From Candidatus Micrarchaeota archaeon (GTDB lineage Archaea > Micrarchaeota > Micrarchaeia > CAILAH01), in contig CAYOAB010000002.1 of the NCBI GenBank assembly GCA_964401875.1, positions 1 through 37,324 of the forward strand: a DNA stretch of 37,324 bases, read 5' to 3'. Position 1 is the stretch's first letter; every line of letters begins with the position of its first letter. Below are positions 6,564-16,537 of the stretch, one piece after another. The notes under the pieces are model-generated. The model searched no databases, was not told the DNA's origin, and worked only from the letters and a program-made list of their open reading frames with translations. Position numbers and translations under genes: made by a program.

Positions 6564-7718
6564 TTAAATTTTTGAAATGTAACTTACTTCATCTTCTTCA
6601 AAATCAAAGAAACCTACATTTGTTTTTTTAATCATTGTTTGTATTAAAGGTATAAACAAGTTAGCATCATTTATTGAAACGTGACATTTCTCACTTATTT
6701 TTTTCAGTACTTTTTTCCTTGTAGCTCTTTTCCTTGCAGTTAAACTCATACTTCTCAAATATGATGGAAATTCATGTTTAACATATTTTGAATTTTTCCC
6801 ATCTCTCGCTAAACCTACTCCAGTTAACATAATAGAATTACTATATTTAAGTAATTTCCATTCTTGTCTTTTCATTATTCTTCCATCAAAAATATCTGCC
6901 CTTGACATGTAATTGTAAGCATATGCTAATTCTTCTGGTTTTGAATATTCTAAACAAATATTTTGTTCCACCCATAATTTAATCATATCATGGTCCAATG
7001 TTGTGTTTTCAAAAGATTTAAGTGCAGCATCAAAATCCTTTGAGTTAAACAAGTCTTTCATACATTCAAAAATAACTTTATCTCTATTTCTTAAATCTTC
7101 TGTGGTTTTTGATTGTAAATCAATAATTGCCGATCTTAAATCTCCATCACAGTTCTCACTTATTTTAATTATATCTTCATCACTGATTATAATTTCCTCT
7201 TCGTTAGCTATTTTTTCAAGAACGTTTTTTATGGTGTTCTTGTTAATCCTTTTCATGTCTATTATTTTACAAGAATTCCTTACTGTTGCAAGTTTAGGGT
7301 CCCATACATCATTAGCTGTTAATATCATAGGTTGTTTACTCTCTTCTATAATTCTTGTTATTGTAACTATTCCACCTCTATCAGCATTACCTTGAAAATT
7401 ATCTGCCTCATCAATCAAAATCAATTTAAACCTTGAAAAAAGTCCACTGAATCCTGAAGCGCCACCAATTATTTTTTCTATATTATTTTTATTTCTCGTA
7501 TCACTTGAATTCAATTCTAATATTTCCCATCCCATTTCTTTTGCTAAAACAATTGCCAAAGCAGTTTTACCAACACCGGGAGGACCACTTATAAGTAACG
7601 GTTTTTGTATTTTATTATTTTCAAAAAGTAATGCCCATGTTCTAATTTCTTCAACAACAGATGGATTTCCCGCAAATTCTTTAAGTGAATTAGGAGCATA
7701 CTTTTGATACAAGTGCAT
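6564..7718 (-). CDS. rfcL: Replication factor C large subunit
   Basis: 384 aa with YAPNSLKEFAGN, Walker A GPPGVGKT and Walker B LILIDEAD. It has AAA+ clamp-loader architecture and is shorter and more divergent than the small subunit at 16538. Confidence 0.85.
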   Translation of the reverse strand: MHLYQKYAPNSLKEFAGNPSVVEEIRTWALLFENNKIQKPLLISGPPGVGKTALAIVLAKEMGWEILELNSSDTRNKNNIEKIIGGASGFSGLFSRFKLILIDEADNFQGNADRGGIVTITRIIEESKQPMILTANDVWDPKLATVRNSCKIIDMKRINKNTIKNVLEKIANEEEIIISDEDIIKISENCDGDLRSAIIDLQSKTTEDLRNRDKVIFECMKDLFNSKDFDAALKSFENTTLDHDMIKLWVEQNICLEYSKPEELAYAYNYMSRADIFDGRIMKRQEWKLLKYSNSIMLTGVGLARDGKNSKYVKHEFPSYLRSMSLTARKRATRKKVLKKISEKCHVSINDANLFIPLIQTMIKKTNVGFFDFEEDEVSYISKI

Positions 7719-7742
7719 GATATAATTAACTCACTAACTTTT

Positions 7743-10292
7743 TTAATCATTGGCAGACCAATACTTTTTTGTTCTTATAAAATTATCTCTTGCCTTAAGT
7801 AAATCTAAAACGAAACTTTTTTCATCAGGGTGCATGCGTGCTAAAATTTTAGTGGCCATATCAATTCCAACTCCGTATGTTGCCAAAGCAATTATTGCTC
7901 TCTTTTCATAAGAATTATATGCAGCAGCTCTCCTCATCAGTTCATCTTTTGAATATTCCTTTTTATCCGAATCTCTAACCGGAGCAAGTAAAACACTTTT
8001 ACATTTAATACATTTTTTTTGTAAATTCTCTAAGCTTGAAAATTGTGGTGCCCCACAATTTGCACAAATAAATTTAACGTTTGCAGGAACACTTTCAATG
8101 AATGTTGTAATTGTAGATTCATTAATTTCCGGCATTAATATTTGTGAACCTGACATGTGTTCCAAAACATCATTTGACATCTTTGATAATTTTTGAAGTA
8201 TTTTAAAATTAATTTTTTTCTTTCCCAAGCTTCTAATGAAAAGTTCTGCTAAATTAATATCACAATATCTATACATAAAATATTTCTTAGCTTCTTTGTA
8301 CGGGACACTATCACTTAATTTTTGTAAATAAAAAGGTGAATACCTTTCATTTTTATCCGTTCTCCCCAGGAAAAATGAACTTTGTGAAAATAAATGTCCG
8401 AACATATTATTCTTGTTTAATATTGAATTAATTTGATGTGTAACATTCATCTCTTTAATTTGTGTGATTAGTTGTTCTTGATTTATAGGGTAAGGTAACT
8501 TAACAAAAATTGCATACGGTGAAGATTTAGCAATACATTCCGCGCCGAAATGTTCTGTTAATTTACTCGCCATTGAAAGTGCTAAGGCATTATTTCCTCT
8601 CGTTCCTAAAAATGAATAAATTATCAACATGTCCGCGTAAACTTCAATTAACAATTCTTTTTCCAAATTCATTTTCTTCATTACATTTTCAGAAATTATT
8701 TCCTTAACAGGTATTTGTTCACCTTCCCATGCAGGTATAGCTAAAGTGTTAGTTCGCGAATGTTCAACTCTAATTTTATCTTCCTCTATACTTAGAACAA
8801 TCCATGGTGTTCCTCTTGTAATGAATATGTCCCCTTCATTTAAAGACATTACAAATCTTTCATCCAATTCCCCAATTTCATTGCCTCCATGTAACATTTT
8901 AATTCTCAAGGAATATGGAATTGTACTTAATCTTCTATAATAATAATCCCTTGTTCTTCTTGTACTCTTAACATTAATTCCATCATAAAAAACTACTCCA
9001 TTTGAATGAATTTCTCCAAGTAACAACAGAAAATCATCATAATCCATTCCCTCATATTTTTTATTTTTTGTGAAATATTCATAAATTTTTTCTGCACTCA
9101 TACTTCTATTGATTATAAGTAATCCTGCAATTGAATGTGCTAAAACTTCAAGTGAGGGGAAAATTATATCGTCTTCTTCAATTTTCAATTTTTCAGCAAA
9201 TTCTTTAATCACTTCTGCTTCCGTTAAATCAAATGAGTTATGTGCAATGATTACACCTTTAGATTTCTGGCCGAAAGCATGTCCACTTCTTCCAACCCTT
9301 TGTAATGCTTTCCTAATTTGTTTAGGTGAACTTATATGTATAACCAAATCAACATCACCAACATCAATTCCCAATTCAAGTGATGAGGTACAAACTAATC
9401 CTTGGATTTTATTTTCTTTAAATTCAAGTTCCACTCTTTCTCTCTCTTCTTTACTTAAAGAGCTATGATGTACACTAACATTCAATTTATTTGATATTAA
9501 CCTGTTTCCCACAAGTTCCGCCATAAATCTTGTATTTGTAAATATTAACACCTTCCTCTTCGACATTTTTTCTTTAATTATTTTACACATTGAATCTATT
9601 CTTTCTAAACTTCCTGCTCCACTGGATTTTATAATTTCAAATTCGGGTGCCACTGTAATTTTATCTTTAACACATTCATATTCTCCTTGAAAAATAAATT
9701 TTGCAGATTCTTCAACGTTAGTTAACGTTGCACTTGCACCTACTATTTGGAAATTTGTAATTTCTCTTAATCTTGTTAAATTTAATGATAATTGTAATCC
9801 CCTTTTACTTGAAATTACTTCATGCAATTCATCAACAATTACTCCGGATATGTTTTTGAAATATTCTCTATACCTTGGAACTGTGAGTAAAATGCCTAAA
9901 GTTTCCGGAGTTGTAATAAATATGTTTGCGGGGTTTCTTGATTGTAAATTCCTTTCACTTGTACTTGTATCCCCGTGCCTAACTGCAACTCTATAATTTA
10001 ATACGTGTGCCCATTCCCTCAATCTTCTAATTAAATCTCTGTTCAATGACTTTAAAGGACTTATATAAAGTATTGAAATGGGTTTAGAATTACCTTCATG
10101 GATTTTACTTAGTAAAGGGAGGAAACACGCTTCAGTTTTACCACTTCCCGTTGGTGCTATAATTAACGTATCTTTTCCAGAATTTATAACTGGAATTGCT
10201 TTCGCTTGGATTGGAGTATATTCCTTAAACCTCGAATGAAAATAATCTTCCAATTCCTTGCAAAGCATAGCATTGTTAAGTTGGTTAAGCAT
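7743..10292 (-). CDS. lhr: Lhr-family ATP-dependent superfamily-2 helicase with a C-terminal zinc ribbon
   Basis: 849 aa. Motif I is APTGSGKTEA, motif II VDELHEV, motif III GASAT and motif VI QRVGRSGH. A long C-terminal extension carries CANC-x15-CIKC. Confidence 0.8.
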   Translation of the reverse strand: MLNQLNNAMLCKELEDYFHSRFKEYTPIQAKAIPVINSGKDTLIIAPTGSGKTEACFLPLLSKIHEGNSKPISILYISPLKSLNRDLIRRLREWAHVLNYRVAVRHGDTSTSERNLQSRNPANIFITTPETLGILLTVPRYREYFKNISGVIVDELHEVISSKRGLQLSLNLTRLREITNFQIVGASATLTNVEESAKFIFQGEYECVKDKITVAPEFEIIKSSGAGSLERIDSMCKIIKEKMSKRKVLIFTNTRFMAELVGNRLISNKLNVSVHHSSLSKEERERVELEFKENKIQGLVCTSSLELGIDVGDVDLVIHISSPKQIRKALQRVGRSGHAFGQKSKGVIIAHNSFDLTEAEVIKEFAEKLKIEEDDIIFPSLEVLAHSIAGLLIINRSMSAEKIYEYFTKNKKYEGMDYDDFLLLLGEIHSNGVVFYDGINVKSTRRTRDYYYRRLSTIPYSLRIKMLHGGNEIGELDERFVMSLNEGDIFITRGTPWIVLSIEEDKIRVEHSRTNTLAIPAWEGEQIPVKEIISENVMKKMNLEKELLIEVYADMLIIYSFLGTRGNNALALSMASKLTEHFGAECIAKSSPYAIFVKLPYPINQEQLITQIKEMNVTHQINSILNKNNMFGHLFSQSSFFLGRTDKNERYSPFYLQKLSDSVPYKEAKKYFMYRYCDINLAELFIRSLGKKKINFKILQKLSKMSNDVLEHMSGSQILMPEINESTITTFIESVPANVKFICANCGAPQFSSLENLQKKCIKCKSVLLAPVRDSDKKEYSKDELMRRAAAYNSYEKRAIIALATYGVGIDMATKILARMHPDEKSFVLDLLKARDNFIRTKKYWSAND

Positions 10293-10342
10293 TTATAAGG
10301 GTTTTGTTCTTAATTTTCCAGTATAACTAAAGGTGTTATGAT

Positions 10343-11368
10343 ATGAATGTTATGAATTTTATAAATGAAAATAAAGTCAACATGTTAATAGGAGTAAGCA
10401 TCCTCCTATTGATAGTGATTTTTAGCTTACTTGCAAATGGAAATGGTAATACAACCCCTCCAACTGATTTGAATGCAACTGAAGGTGAATTTAGTGTTTC
10501 AAATGAAACTATTAATAAGGTAAAAAGTATTCTAGAAGGAATGATTTATGTAAATAGTGGTGAAAAATATGAATTACAGTATTTATATAGTAACTATAGT
10601 GAGGGTTTTAATGTATTAACTTTTGATTTCATGGGTCAAGAACAACCAATTTATCTCTCTTCAGATGAGAAATATCTTCTTGTTCAAAAACCTTATACTA
10701 TTGATGAGTATTTAGTTGGAATAAACGAAGCCGTTTTACAAATGGATGCTTATTTAGCAAATCAAACAGTTGAAACTAAACCTATTGAATTAGTCAAAAC
10801 AGATAAACCTGTAGTTAAATTATATGTTATGAGTGATTGTCCTTATGGAGATGTTGCTGAAAATGCAATCTTAGACGCGCTCCTTTTATTAAATGACACT
10901 ATCGATTTTGAACCTGTTTATATTTTAAGTGGTAGTAATGGTAATTATAATTCATTACACGGCACTTATGAATTAAATCAAGATATTAGAGAAAAAATTG
11001 TATTTAATAAGTATGGATCTTCTACTTGGATAAAATATACTGTAGATATCAATAATAATTGTAATTCTAAAAATATGGAAACATGTTGGAAAGAAATGGC
11101 AATTAACAATGAATTAGATACAGATTATATTGAATCACAATTTAATTCATCATATAATGAAATAGCAGATTTAGAAGTACAAAAATCCAACGTTGCTAAA
11201 GTATCTAGTTCTCCTACTTTGAAAGTAAATGGTGTTTCTATAGATAAACAATTTATACCTGAATATTATAAACAATTTATTTGTGGGGCTTTTTCTGTAG
11301 TTCCAGGAGAATGTAATACTACATTATCTGATGTTTCTTTATTAGATGGTAGTTCAGGTAGCTGTTAA
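10343..11368 (+). CDS. Membrane-anchored extracellular protein with a DsbA-like thioredoxin-fold domain whose CxxC is degenerate (CPYG)
   Basis: 341 aa with an N-terminal anchor (MLIGVSILLLIVIFSLLA). VVKLYVMSDCPYGDVAEN sits at the position of the CxxC active site, and SSPTLKVNG resembles the cis-Pro loop (GTPTFFVNG) of DsbA-family proteins. There are several N-x-S/T sequons. Confidence 0.5.
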   Translation: MNVMNFINENKVNMLIGVSILLLIVIFSLLANGNGNTTPPTDLNATEGEFSVSNETINKVKSILEGMIYVNSGEKYELQYLYSNYSEGFNVLTFDFMGQEQPIYLSSDEKYLLVQKPYTIDEYLVGINEAVLQMDAYLANQTVETKPIELVKTDKPVVKLYVMSDCPYGDVAENAILDALLLLNDTIDFEPVYILSGSNGNYNSLHGTYELNQDIREKIVFNKYGSSTWIKYTVDINNNCNSKNMETCWKEMAINNELDTDYIESQFNSSYNEIADLEVQKSNVAKVSSSPTLKVNGVSIDKQFIPEYYKQFICGAFSVVPGECNTTLSDVSLLDGSSGSC

Positions 11369-11408
11369 TTTTTTTCTTTTTATTTATTTCATTTTCTAAT
11401 TATGTTTA

Positions 11409-12641
11409 ATGCGCTTTTACATTGAAACTTATGGTTGTGTTCTAAATCAACATGATTCTGAATTACTTAAAGAGTTACTTGTAAGTGCCGGTTATGATTT
11501 TGTTTCTAATGAAATTGACGCGGATGTTATAATAGTAAATACATGTGGTGTTAAGGATGCAACTGAAAAGCGTATGATTAATCGTCTAAAATCTATAACT
11601 AAACCTTTAATTGTGTGTGGATGTCTTCCCAGTGGTAACCCCTCCTATTTCCGTAAATTCCTTCCCCGTGCAGTATTTTTAGGTACTTATTCACTTCAAA
11701 GTGTAATTGATGCGGTTAACTATGCACTTGAATTTAAAGGAATTAACTTAATGAAAAAGCAAGATAAAAATAAACTTGAATATACCTATTCAAAACCAAT
11801 TGAAGTTCTAGCTATCGGTGATGGTTGTACTTCCGCGTGTACCTATTGTTTCACTCGTTTAGCGCGTAAGGGCCTAACAAGTATGCCTATAACTAAAGTT
11901 GTAAAACGTGTTGAGGATGCAGTTAATTCTAAAGTTAAGGAACTACGAGTTACTTCTCAAGACATGGGTGCTTACGGTATAGATTTAAACACTAATTTAA
12001 CACAATTATTGAAAAAAATAAGTGAGATTGAAACAAAAGATATGAAAATTAGAATAGGTATGATGAATCCTAAACATTTAATGAACAACATGGAAGTAAT
12101 AGATATTATAAATGAAAATGATGTATTCTATAAATTTTTTCATGTACCTATCCAGAGCGGTTCAAATTCAATATTAAATAAAATGAAACGTGAAAATTCA
12201 ATTGATGATTACATTAAAATTAACAACGAAATAAGAAAAGATAAATTCAATAATGTAATGACTGACTTTATTGTAGGTTTTCCCAGTGAAACTGAACAGG
12301 ATCACCAGGAAAGTATTGAACTAATCAAGAAAACTCAACCCGACACAGTTAATGTTTCTAAATATAGTGCACGTAAGGGTACTCTTGCAGCTAAAATGAA
12401 ACAAGTTGACAGACATATTATTAATGCGCGTAGCACTGAAATGAGTTTACTATGCAATGAAATAGCTAAAAAGAGAAATGAAATGTATTTAGGTAAAGAA
12501 GTTGAATTCACCGTTCTTGAGGAAATGAAAGGGTATGTTGGTCGTAACAAATATTACAAACAAGTGGTAATTAACAATTCAGAAATAGGTAAAAGAGAAA
12601 AAGTAAAAATAAGTTCCTGTGGAACTTCGTTCATAAAATAA
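11409..12641 (+). CDS. MiaB/CDKAL1-family radical-SAM tRNA methylthiotransferase (archaeal MtaB-like)
   Basis: 410 aa. The N-terminal UPF0004 cysteines are present (ETYGCVLNQ, VNTCGVK, VCGC). The radical-SAM motif is CTSACTYC (CxxxCxxC). A C-terminal TRAM-like segment follows. Confidence 0.85.
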   Translation: MRFYIETYGCVLNQHDSELLKELLVSAGYDFVSNEIDADVIIVNTCGVKDATEKRMINRLKSITKPLIVCGCLPSGNPSYFRKFLPRAVFLGTYSLQSVIDAVNYALEFKGINLMKKQDKNKLEYTYSKPIEVLAIGDGCTSACTYCFTRLARKGLTSMPITKVVKRVEDAVNSKVKELRVTSQDMGAYGIDLNTNLTQLLKKISEIETKDMKIRIGMMNPKHLMNNMEVIDIINENDVFYKFFHVPIQSGSNSILNKMKRENSIDDYIKINNEIRKDKFNNVMTDFIVGFPSETEQDHQESIELIKKTQPDTVNVSKYSARKGTLAAKMKQVDRHIINARSTEMSLLCNEIAKKRNEMYLGKEVEFTVLEEMKGYVGRNKYYKQVVINNSEIGKREKVKISSCGTSFIK

Positions 12642-13907
12642 TTATTCTATTATGAAATTAACTTGTTTCAATTCAATTTTAACATTATCATAATATTCTG
12701 GTTTATCTTGTTCAAAGGTTCTTACTAACTCTTCATTAACAAAAACGTTTGCCCATCCTTTAAAGTTAATTTCATCAAAGAACATCTTATCAACTTCAAT
12801 TTTAAGTGTTTTTCCTTCTACTGTTACTTCTTTTGTTTCATTTTCAATAACTGTGAATGGGTATACACTTTCACCGATTGTGACTTCCAATATTGCCTTG
12901 GTATTATTCCCATTGTAAAGGTCAATACTATATGTACTATCAAGTGTAAATGTTCCAACTAATGCCGTTGAATTTTCGTTTATCAATAGGTTATTAGCTG
13001 TTGTTTTAACTCCGTTAATTTCACTATCAAATTCTAAAACTTGAACATTACTTCCTGCATAATCCCAAGGGTATACTTTATCTAATTTCATGTAAATAAA
13101 GTTTAAGTGGTCTCCATCTAATTTTGCACTTATTCCGTAACTTTCTTCGCTTATTATTAAGTTATATTTCTCTTCATTAAGAGTAACATTAACTAAAACT
13201 CTCGATTCAAATTTAGTTTGATCTGTGTACATATCATTTAAACTGACTTCAATACCATTAACCATCTTTGAATTTTGCCATTCTATTCTATTAATTTCCT
13301 GACCATTCATAAGGTAAATGCTACCATCATTATTATCATATTTAACTGTATATTCAATTCCGTTTACGTCAATAGTTTCACCTGCATCTGCTTCAATTAA
13401 GTTATCTGCAACTAAAAACTTCATGTGAACAATAGTTTCTGGAATTTCAACAACTGTATCTTCATCTGGAATAGTATCCAAATCTTGTTCTTCATCAATT
13501 AGTAATTCATCATCGACTTCAATATCAACGTCAATTGAATCTTCATCAATTAAATCTTCATCAGTTTGATCTTCATCTTCAGTTTCCATATCAATTTCAA
13601 TTATATCAGAATCTTCTTCATCAAAATCATTTTCTTCTTCATTATCTAACAATTCGTCTATATCTTCAACATCAACAACTTCAACTTGGTCTTGGTCGTT
13701 TAAATCCTTATCTCCAGTCCATTCAATTTCACTTTTTGAACTACAACCTACTGTGGTCATAATTGCCACGGCTGCTACGACTGCGCTTGTATTTTTAATT
13801 TTGTCCCAAATACCCTTCCTTTCATTTTCTTTTACGGGTTTTATTACGTTAATATCATTCATACTTTTCAATAAAAACACCTCATGTGTGTATCTATTAG
13901 AAATCAA
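12642..13907 (-). CDS. Hyper-acidic secreted protein with a lipobox-like signal (hypothetical)
   Basis: 421 aa in the ORF track; the start is more likely the ATG at 13862 (MNDINV...). AAVAIMTTVGC is a signal peptide plus lipobox-like Cys. An approximately 100-aa D/E-rich tract follows, then a beta-rich domain. I recognised no enzyme motif. Confidence 0.6.
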   Translation of the reverse strand: MISNRYTHEVFLLKSMNDINVIKPVKENERKGIWDKIKNTSAVVAAVAIMTTVGCSSKSEIEWTGDKDLNDQDQVEVVDVEDIDELLDNEEENDFDEEDSDIIEIDMETEDEDQTDEDLIDEDSIDVDIEVDDELLIDEEQDLDTIPDEDTVVEIPETIVHMKFLVADNLIEADAGETIDVNGIEYTVKYDNNDGSIYLMNGQEINRIEWQNSKMVNGIEVSLNDMYTDQTKFESRVLVNVTLNEEKYNLIISEESYGISAKLDGDHLNFIYMKLDKVYPWDYAGSNVQVLEFDSEINGVKTTANNLLINENSTALVGTFTLDSTYSIDLYNGNNTKAILEVTIGESVYPFTVIENETKEVTVEGKTLKIEVDKMFFDEINFKGWANVFVNEELVRTFEQDKPEYYDNVKIELKQVNFIIE

Positions 13908-13941
13908 ACCCCTTTAAATACTTTTTGATAATAATTTTATT

Positions 13942-15459
13942 ATGAAAAAAGTTATGCTCATTATTCGTGACGGGTGGGGCGAATCTTCTAAAAAGGAAGG
14001 TAATTCTCCATTGTTAGCTAAAACACCTAACCACGACATTTACAATTCTAAATATCCTCAAACATTATTAGATTGTTTCGGTAACGCAGTGGGAAACCCT
14101 GAAAATACTCAGGGAGGTAGTGAAGTTGGCCATTTAACTTTAGGTGCCGGCCGTGTAGTATGGCAACCCTACGAACTCATAAACCAATCAATTAAAAACG
14201 GTTCCTTCTTCAAGAATAAAGTTCTTTTAGAAGCTATTGATAATTGTAAAAAGAACAATTCTAATTTACACATTTCCGGTCTTTTCAGTGACCAAGGTAT
14301 ACATGCAGATTTAAGGCACATGTTCGCTATACTTGAACTATGTAAAAAGCAAAATTTCACAAGAGTTTTCATACACTTATGTTTAGATGGTAGAGACGTT
14401 CCTGAGAAATCTGCATCAAAGTATATTGAAATGCTTGAATCTAAGATAAACGAGTTAAAAATAGGTTCTATTTCCACTGTTTTTGGTAGATATTACGGTA
14501 TGGACAGGGATACTAACTGGGACAGAACATTAAAGGCGTACAACGTAATGGTAAATGGTGAAGGTTTTTCCTATTCAAGTGTTCACGAAGCATTAACTGG
14601 TGCCTATGATAGAGGTGACAAATCGGATTATTACGTTCAACCTTCAATTATAGCAAAAGATTTCGTTCCAATTAAAAATAATGATTCATTCATATGGTTC
14701 AATTTTAGAACTGATAGGTCAAGGCAAATAACCTCCATGTTTAACAATTTAAATTGTCCTCTTGAACATAAAAAAGTGAAATTACATTACGTTTGTTTCA
14801 GTTCGTATGATGATTCATGGACACTTCCTGTAGCATTCACTCAAACTCAAGTTGAAAACAATTTAGGCACAATTCTCTCAAAAAACGGAATTAAGCAATT
14901 AAGAATTTCTGAAACGGAGAAGTATGCGCATGTTACTTTCTTTTTCAATTCACAGGATGATGCTCCTTATGAAGGTGAAGATAGAATTCTAATCCCCTCA
15001 CCTAAGGTTCCTTCCAATGACATGAAACCTAAGATGAGTGCTTACGAATTAACTGATAAATTGTTGAATGAAATAAATAAGGAAAAGTATGAATTCATAT
15101 TAGTTAATTACCCTAACCCTGATTTAGTTGGCCACTCCGGTAATTTGGAAGCCACAATTAAGGCCTGTGAAGTTGTGGATGAATGTGTAGGTAAAGTTGT
15201 TTCCCTTGCTCTTTCAAAAAATTATGTTATTATATTAACTTCCGATCATGGTAATGCTGAAAATATGATTGATGAACAGGGTAGGCCTGACCCCTCGCAT
15301 GGTATGAACAAAGTTAAATTCTATTTAATTTCAAAAGACGAAGATTTAATGAACGTAAAATTAAAGGAAAATAAGGGCCTAAAGGATATTGCGCCCACCA
15401 TTCTAAAATTAATGGAAATTGAAAAACCTAAAGAAATGGACGGCCAACCACTATTCTAA
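13942..15459 (+). CDS. gpmI: 2,3-bisphosphoglycerate-independent phosphoglycerate mutase, bacterial GpmI type
   Basis: 505 aa. Motifs are LIIRDGWG, GGSEVGHLTLGAGRVVWQ (catalytic Ser motif), LDGRDV, GRYYGMDRDTNWDR, NPDLVGHSG and SDHGNAE. These align by eye with Bacillus-type iPGM rather than the archaeal ApgM type. Confidence 0.9.
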   Translation: MKKVMLIIRDGWGESSKKEGNSPLLAKTPNHDIYNSKYPQTLLDCFGNAVGNPENTQGGSEVGHLTLGAGRVVWQPYELINQSIKNGSFFKNKVLLEAIDNCKKNNSNLHISGLFSDQGIHADLRHMFAILELCKKQNFTRVFIHLCLDGRDVPEKSASKYIEMLESKINELKIGSISTVFGRYYGMDRDTNWDRTLKAYNVMVNGEGFSYSSVHEALTGAYDRGDKSDYYVQPSIIAKDFVPIKNNDSFIWFNFRTDRSRQITSMFNNLNCPLEHKKVKLHYVCFSSYDDSWTLPVAFTQTQVENNLGTILSKNGIKQLRISETEKYAHVTFFFNSQDDAPYEGEDRILIPSPKVPSNDMKPKMSAYELTDKLLNEINKEKYEFILVNYPNPDLVGHSGNLEATIKACEVVDECVGKVVSLALSKNYVIILTSDHGNAENMIDEQGRPDPSHGMNKVKFYLISKDEDLMNVKLKENKGLKDIAPTILKLMEIEKPKEMDGQPLF

Positions 15460-15511
15460 TTTTTTTATTTTAACAAAACGTTTTTATAGTTTAACTGAGA
15501 TTTAACAATCA

Positions 15512-16498
15512 GTGATATTTATGACAGGAACCTCCAAATTGATGAATTACGAAGCAGAAGCTCAAAAAGAGACTCAAAAAAAGAAGAAAAATCAAGAACC
15601 AGCACCAGTAAAAGAACAAGTGCAAGCACAAGCTGTAACTAAGGTTGTAGCTAAGAAAAAATTTGCTCCAGAAAAAGAGGAAGAAAAGAAAATAAATGTT
15701 AAAGATGCTTTTTCACCAAGCACATTAGCTTGGATTAAAAAAGAAGGTTTAGATGTTGAGAAAATACTTAAAGCAAAAGAATTAATAGATAGGGGGCCAA
15801 ATGAAGTAAAGACGAGGAGTAAAGTCACTAATTTAGATGAAATATTATCACAACAACAAGCTGAAAAATTTGATGTAGAAATGAAAAACTTAAAATTAAG
15901 TGATAAAGAAGCGACAATTGTATCTCTTTTGTATAAAGATAAAAAGGATAACAAATTGAAAATGAATGAAAGTACAATTTTAGCTTATCATTCCACAGTA
16001 GAAGGTGAAAAGAAAGCAAAAGAAGCATATGCTGCTTGGAAGGAATCAAGAGAAGGCAAAGAATTTGCAAAGAAATCAACTGATAAATATAGGGATATTA
16101 GTGGTCAAATAGAACCAATGCACATTACAAGCAAAGTATCTAAAAAAGAAAAAAGAGAAGAAGTAGAAATAAAAAAACAAGTAACATCACTTGTTACCGA
16201 ATCTAAAAAAGAAATTGAAACTCTAAAAATTGGTGATGATTTTTGGATGAAAATATATGGCCAAGGTGCAGACGCAAAAAAAACTTTTGCTGATGCTGCT
16301 AAATTATGGAGTAAAGAAAAACCTGTTCAAATTACAAAACAAGAAAAACCAAAACCAAAGAAAGAACCAGAAGTAAAGAAACCAACCGAATCGGTAAAAA
16401 AAGAAAAACAAATAGAAAAAAATAATGATGAATTAACAGAAGAACAGAAAAAAAGAGTAGAAGCAAGAAAAAAAGCAGCTGAAGATTTAGATATCTAA
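15512..16498 (+). CDS. Lys/Glu-rich low-complexity protein (hypothetical)
   Basis: 328 aa, strongly K/E-biased with predicted coiled-coil or disordered character. The track start is GTG at 15512, and an ATG at 15521 (MTGTSK...) is an alternative. No motif was recognised. Confidence 0.55.
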   Translation: MIFMTGTSKLMNYEAEAQKETQKKKKNQEPAPVKEQVQAQAVTKVVAKKKFAPEKEEEKKINVKDAFSPSTLAWIKKEGLDVEKILKAKELIDRGPNEVKTRSKVTNLDEILSQQQAEKFDVEMKNLKLSDKEATIVSLLYKDKKDNKLKMNESTILAYHSTVEGEKKAKEAYAAWKESREGKEFAKKSTDKYRDISGQIEPMHITSKVSKKEKREEVEIKKQVTSLVTESKKEIETLKIGDDFWMKIYGQGADAKKTFADAAKLWSKEKPVQITKQEKPKPKKEPEVKKPTESVKKEKQIEKNNDELTEEQKKRVEARKKAAEDLDI

Positions 16499-16537
16499 TT
16501 TTTTCATTTATATATTTTAATCTCCTAATTCTTATTT

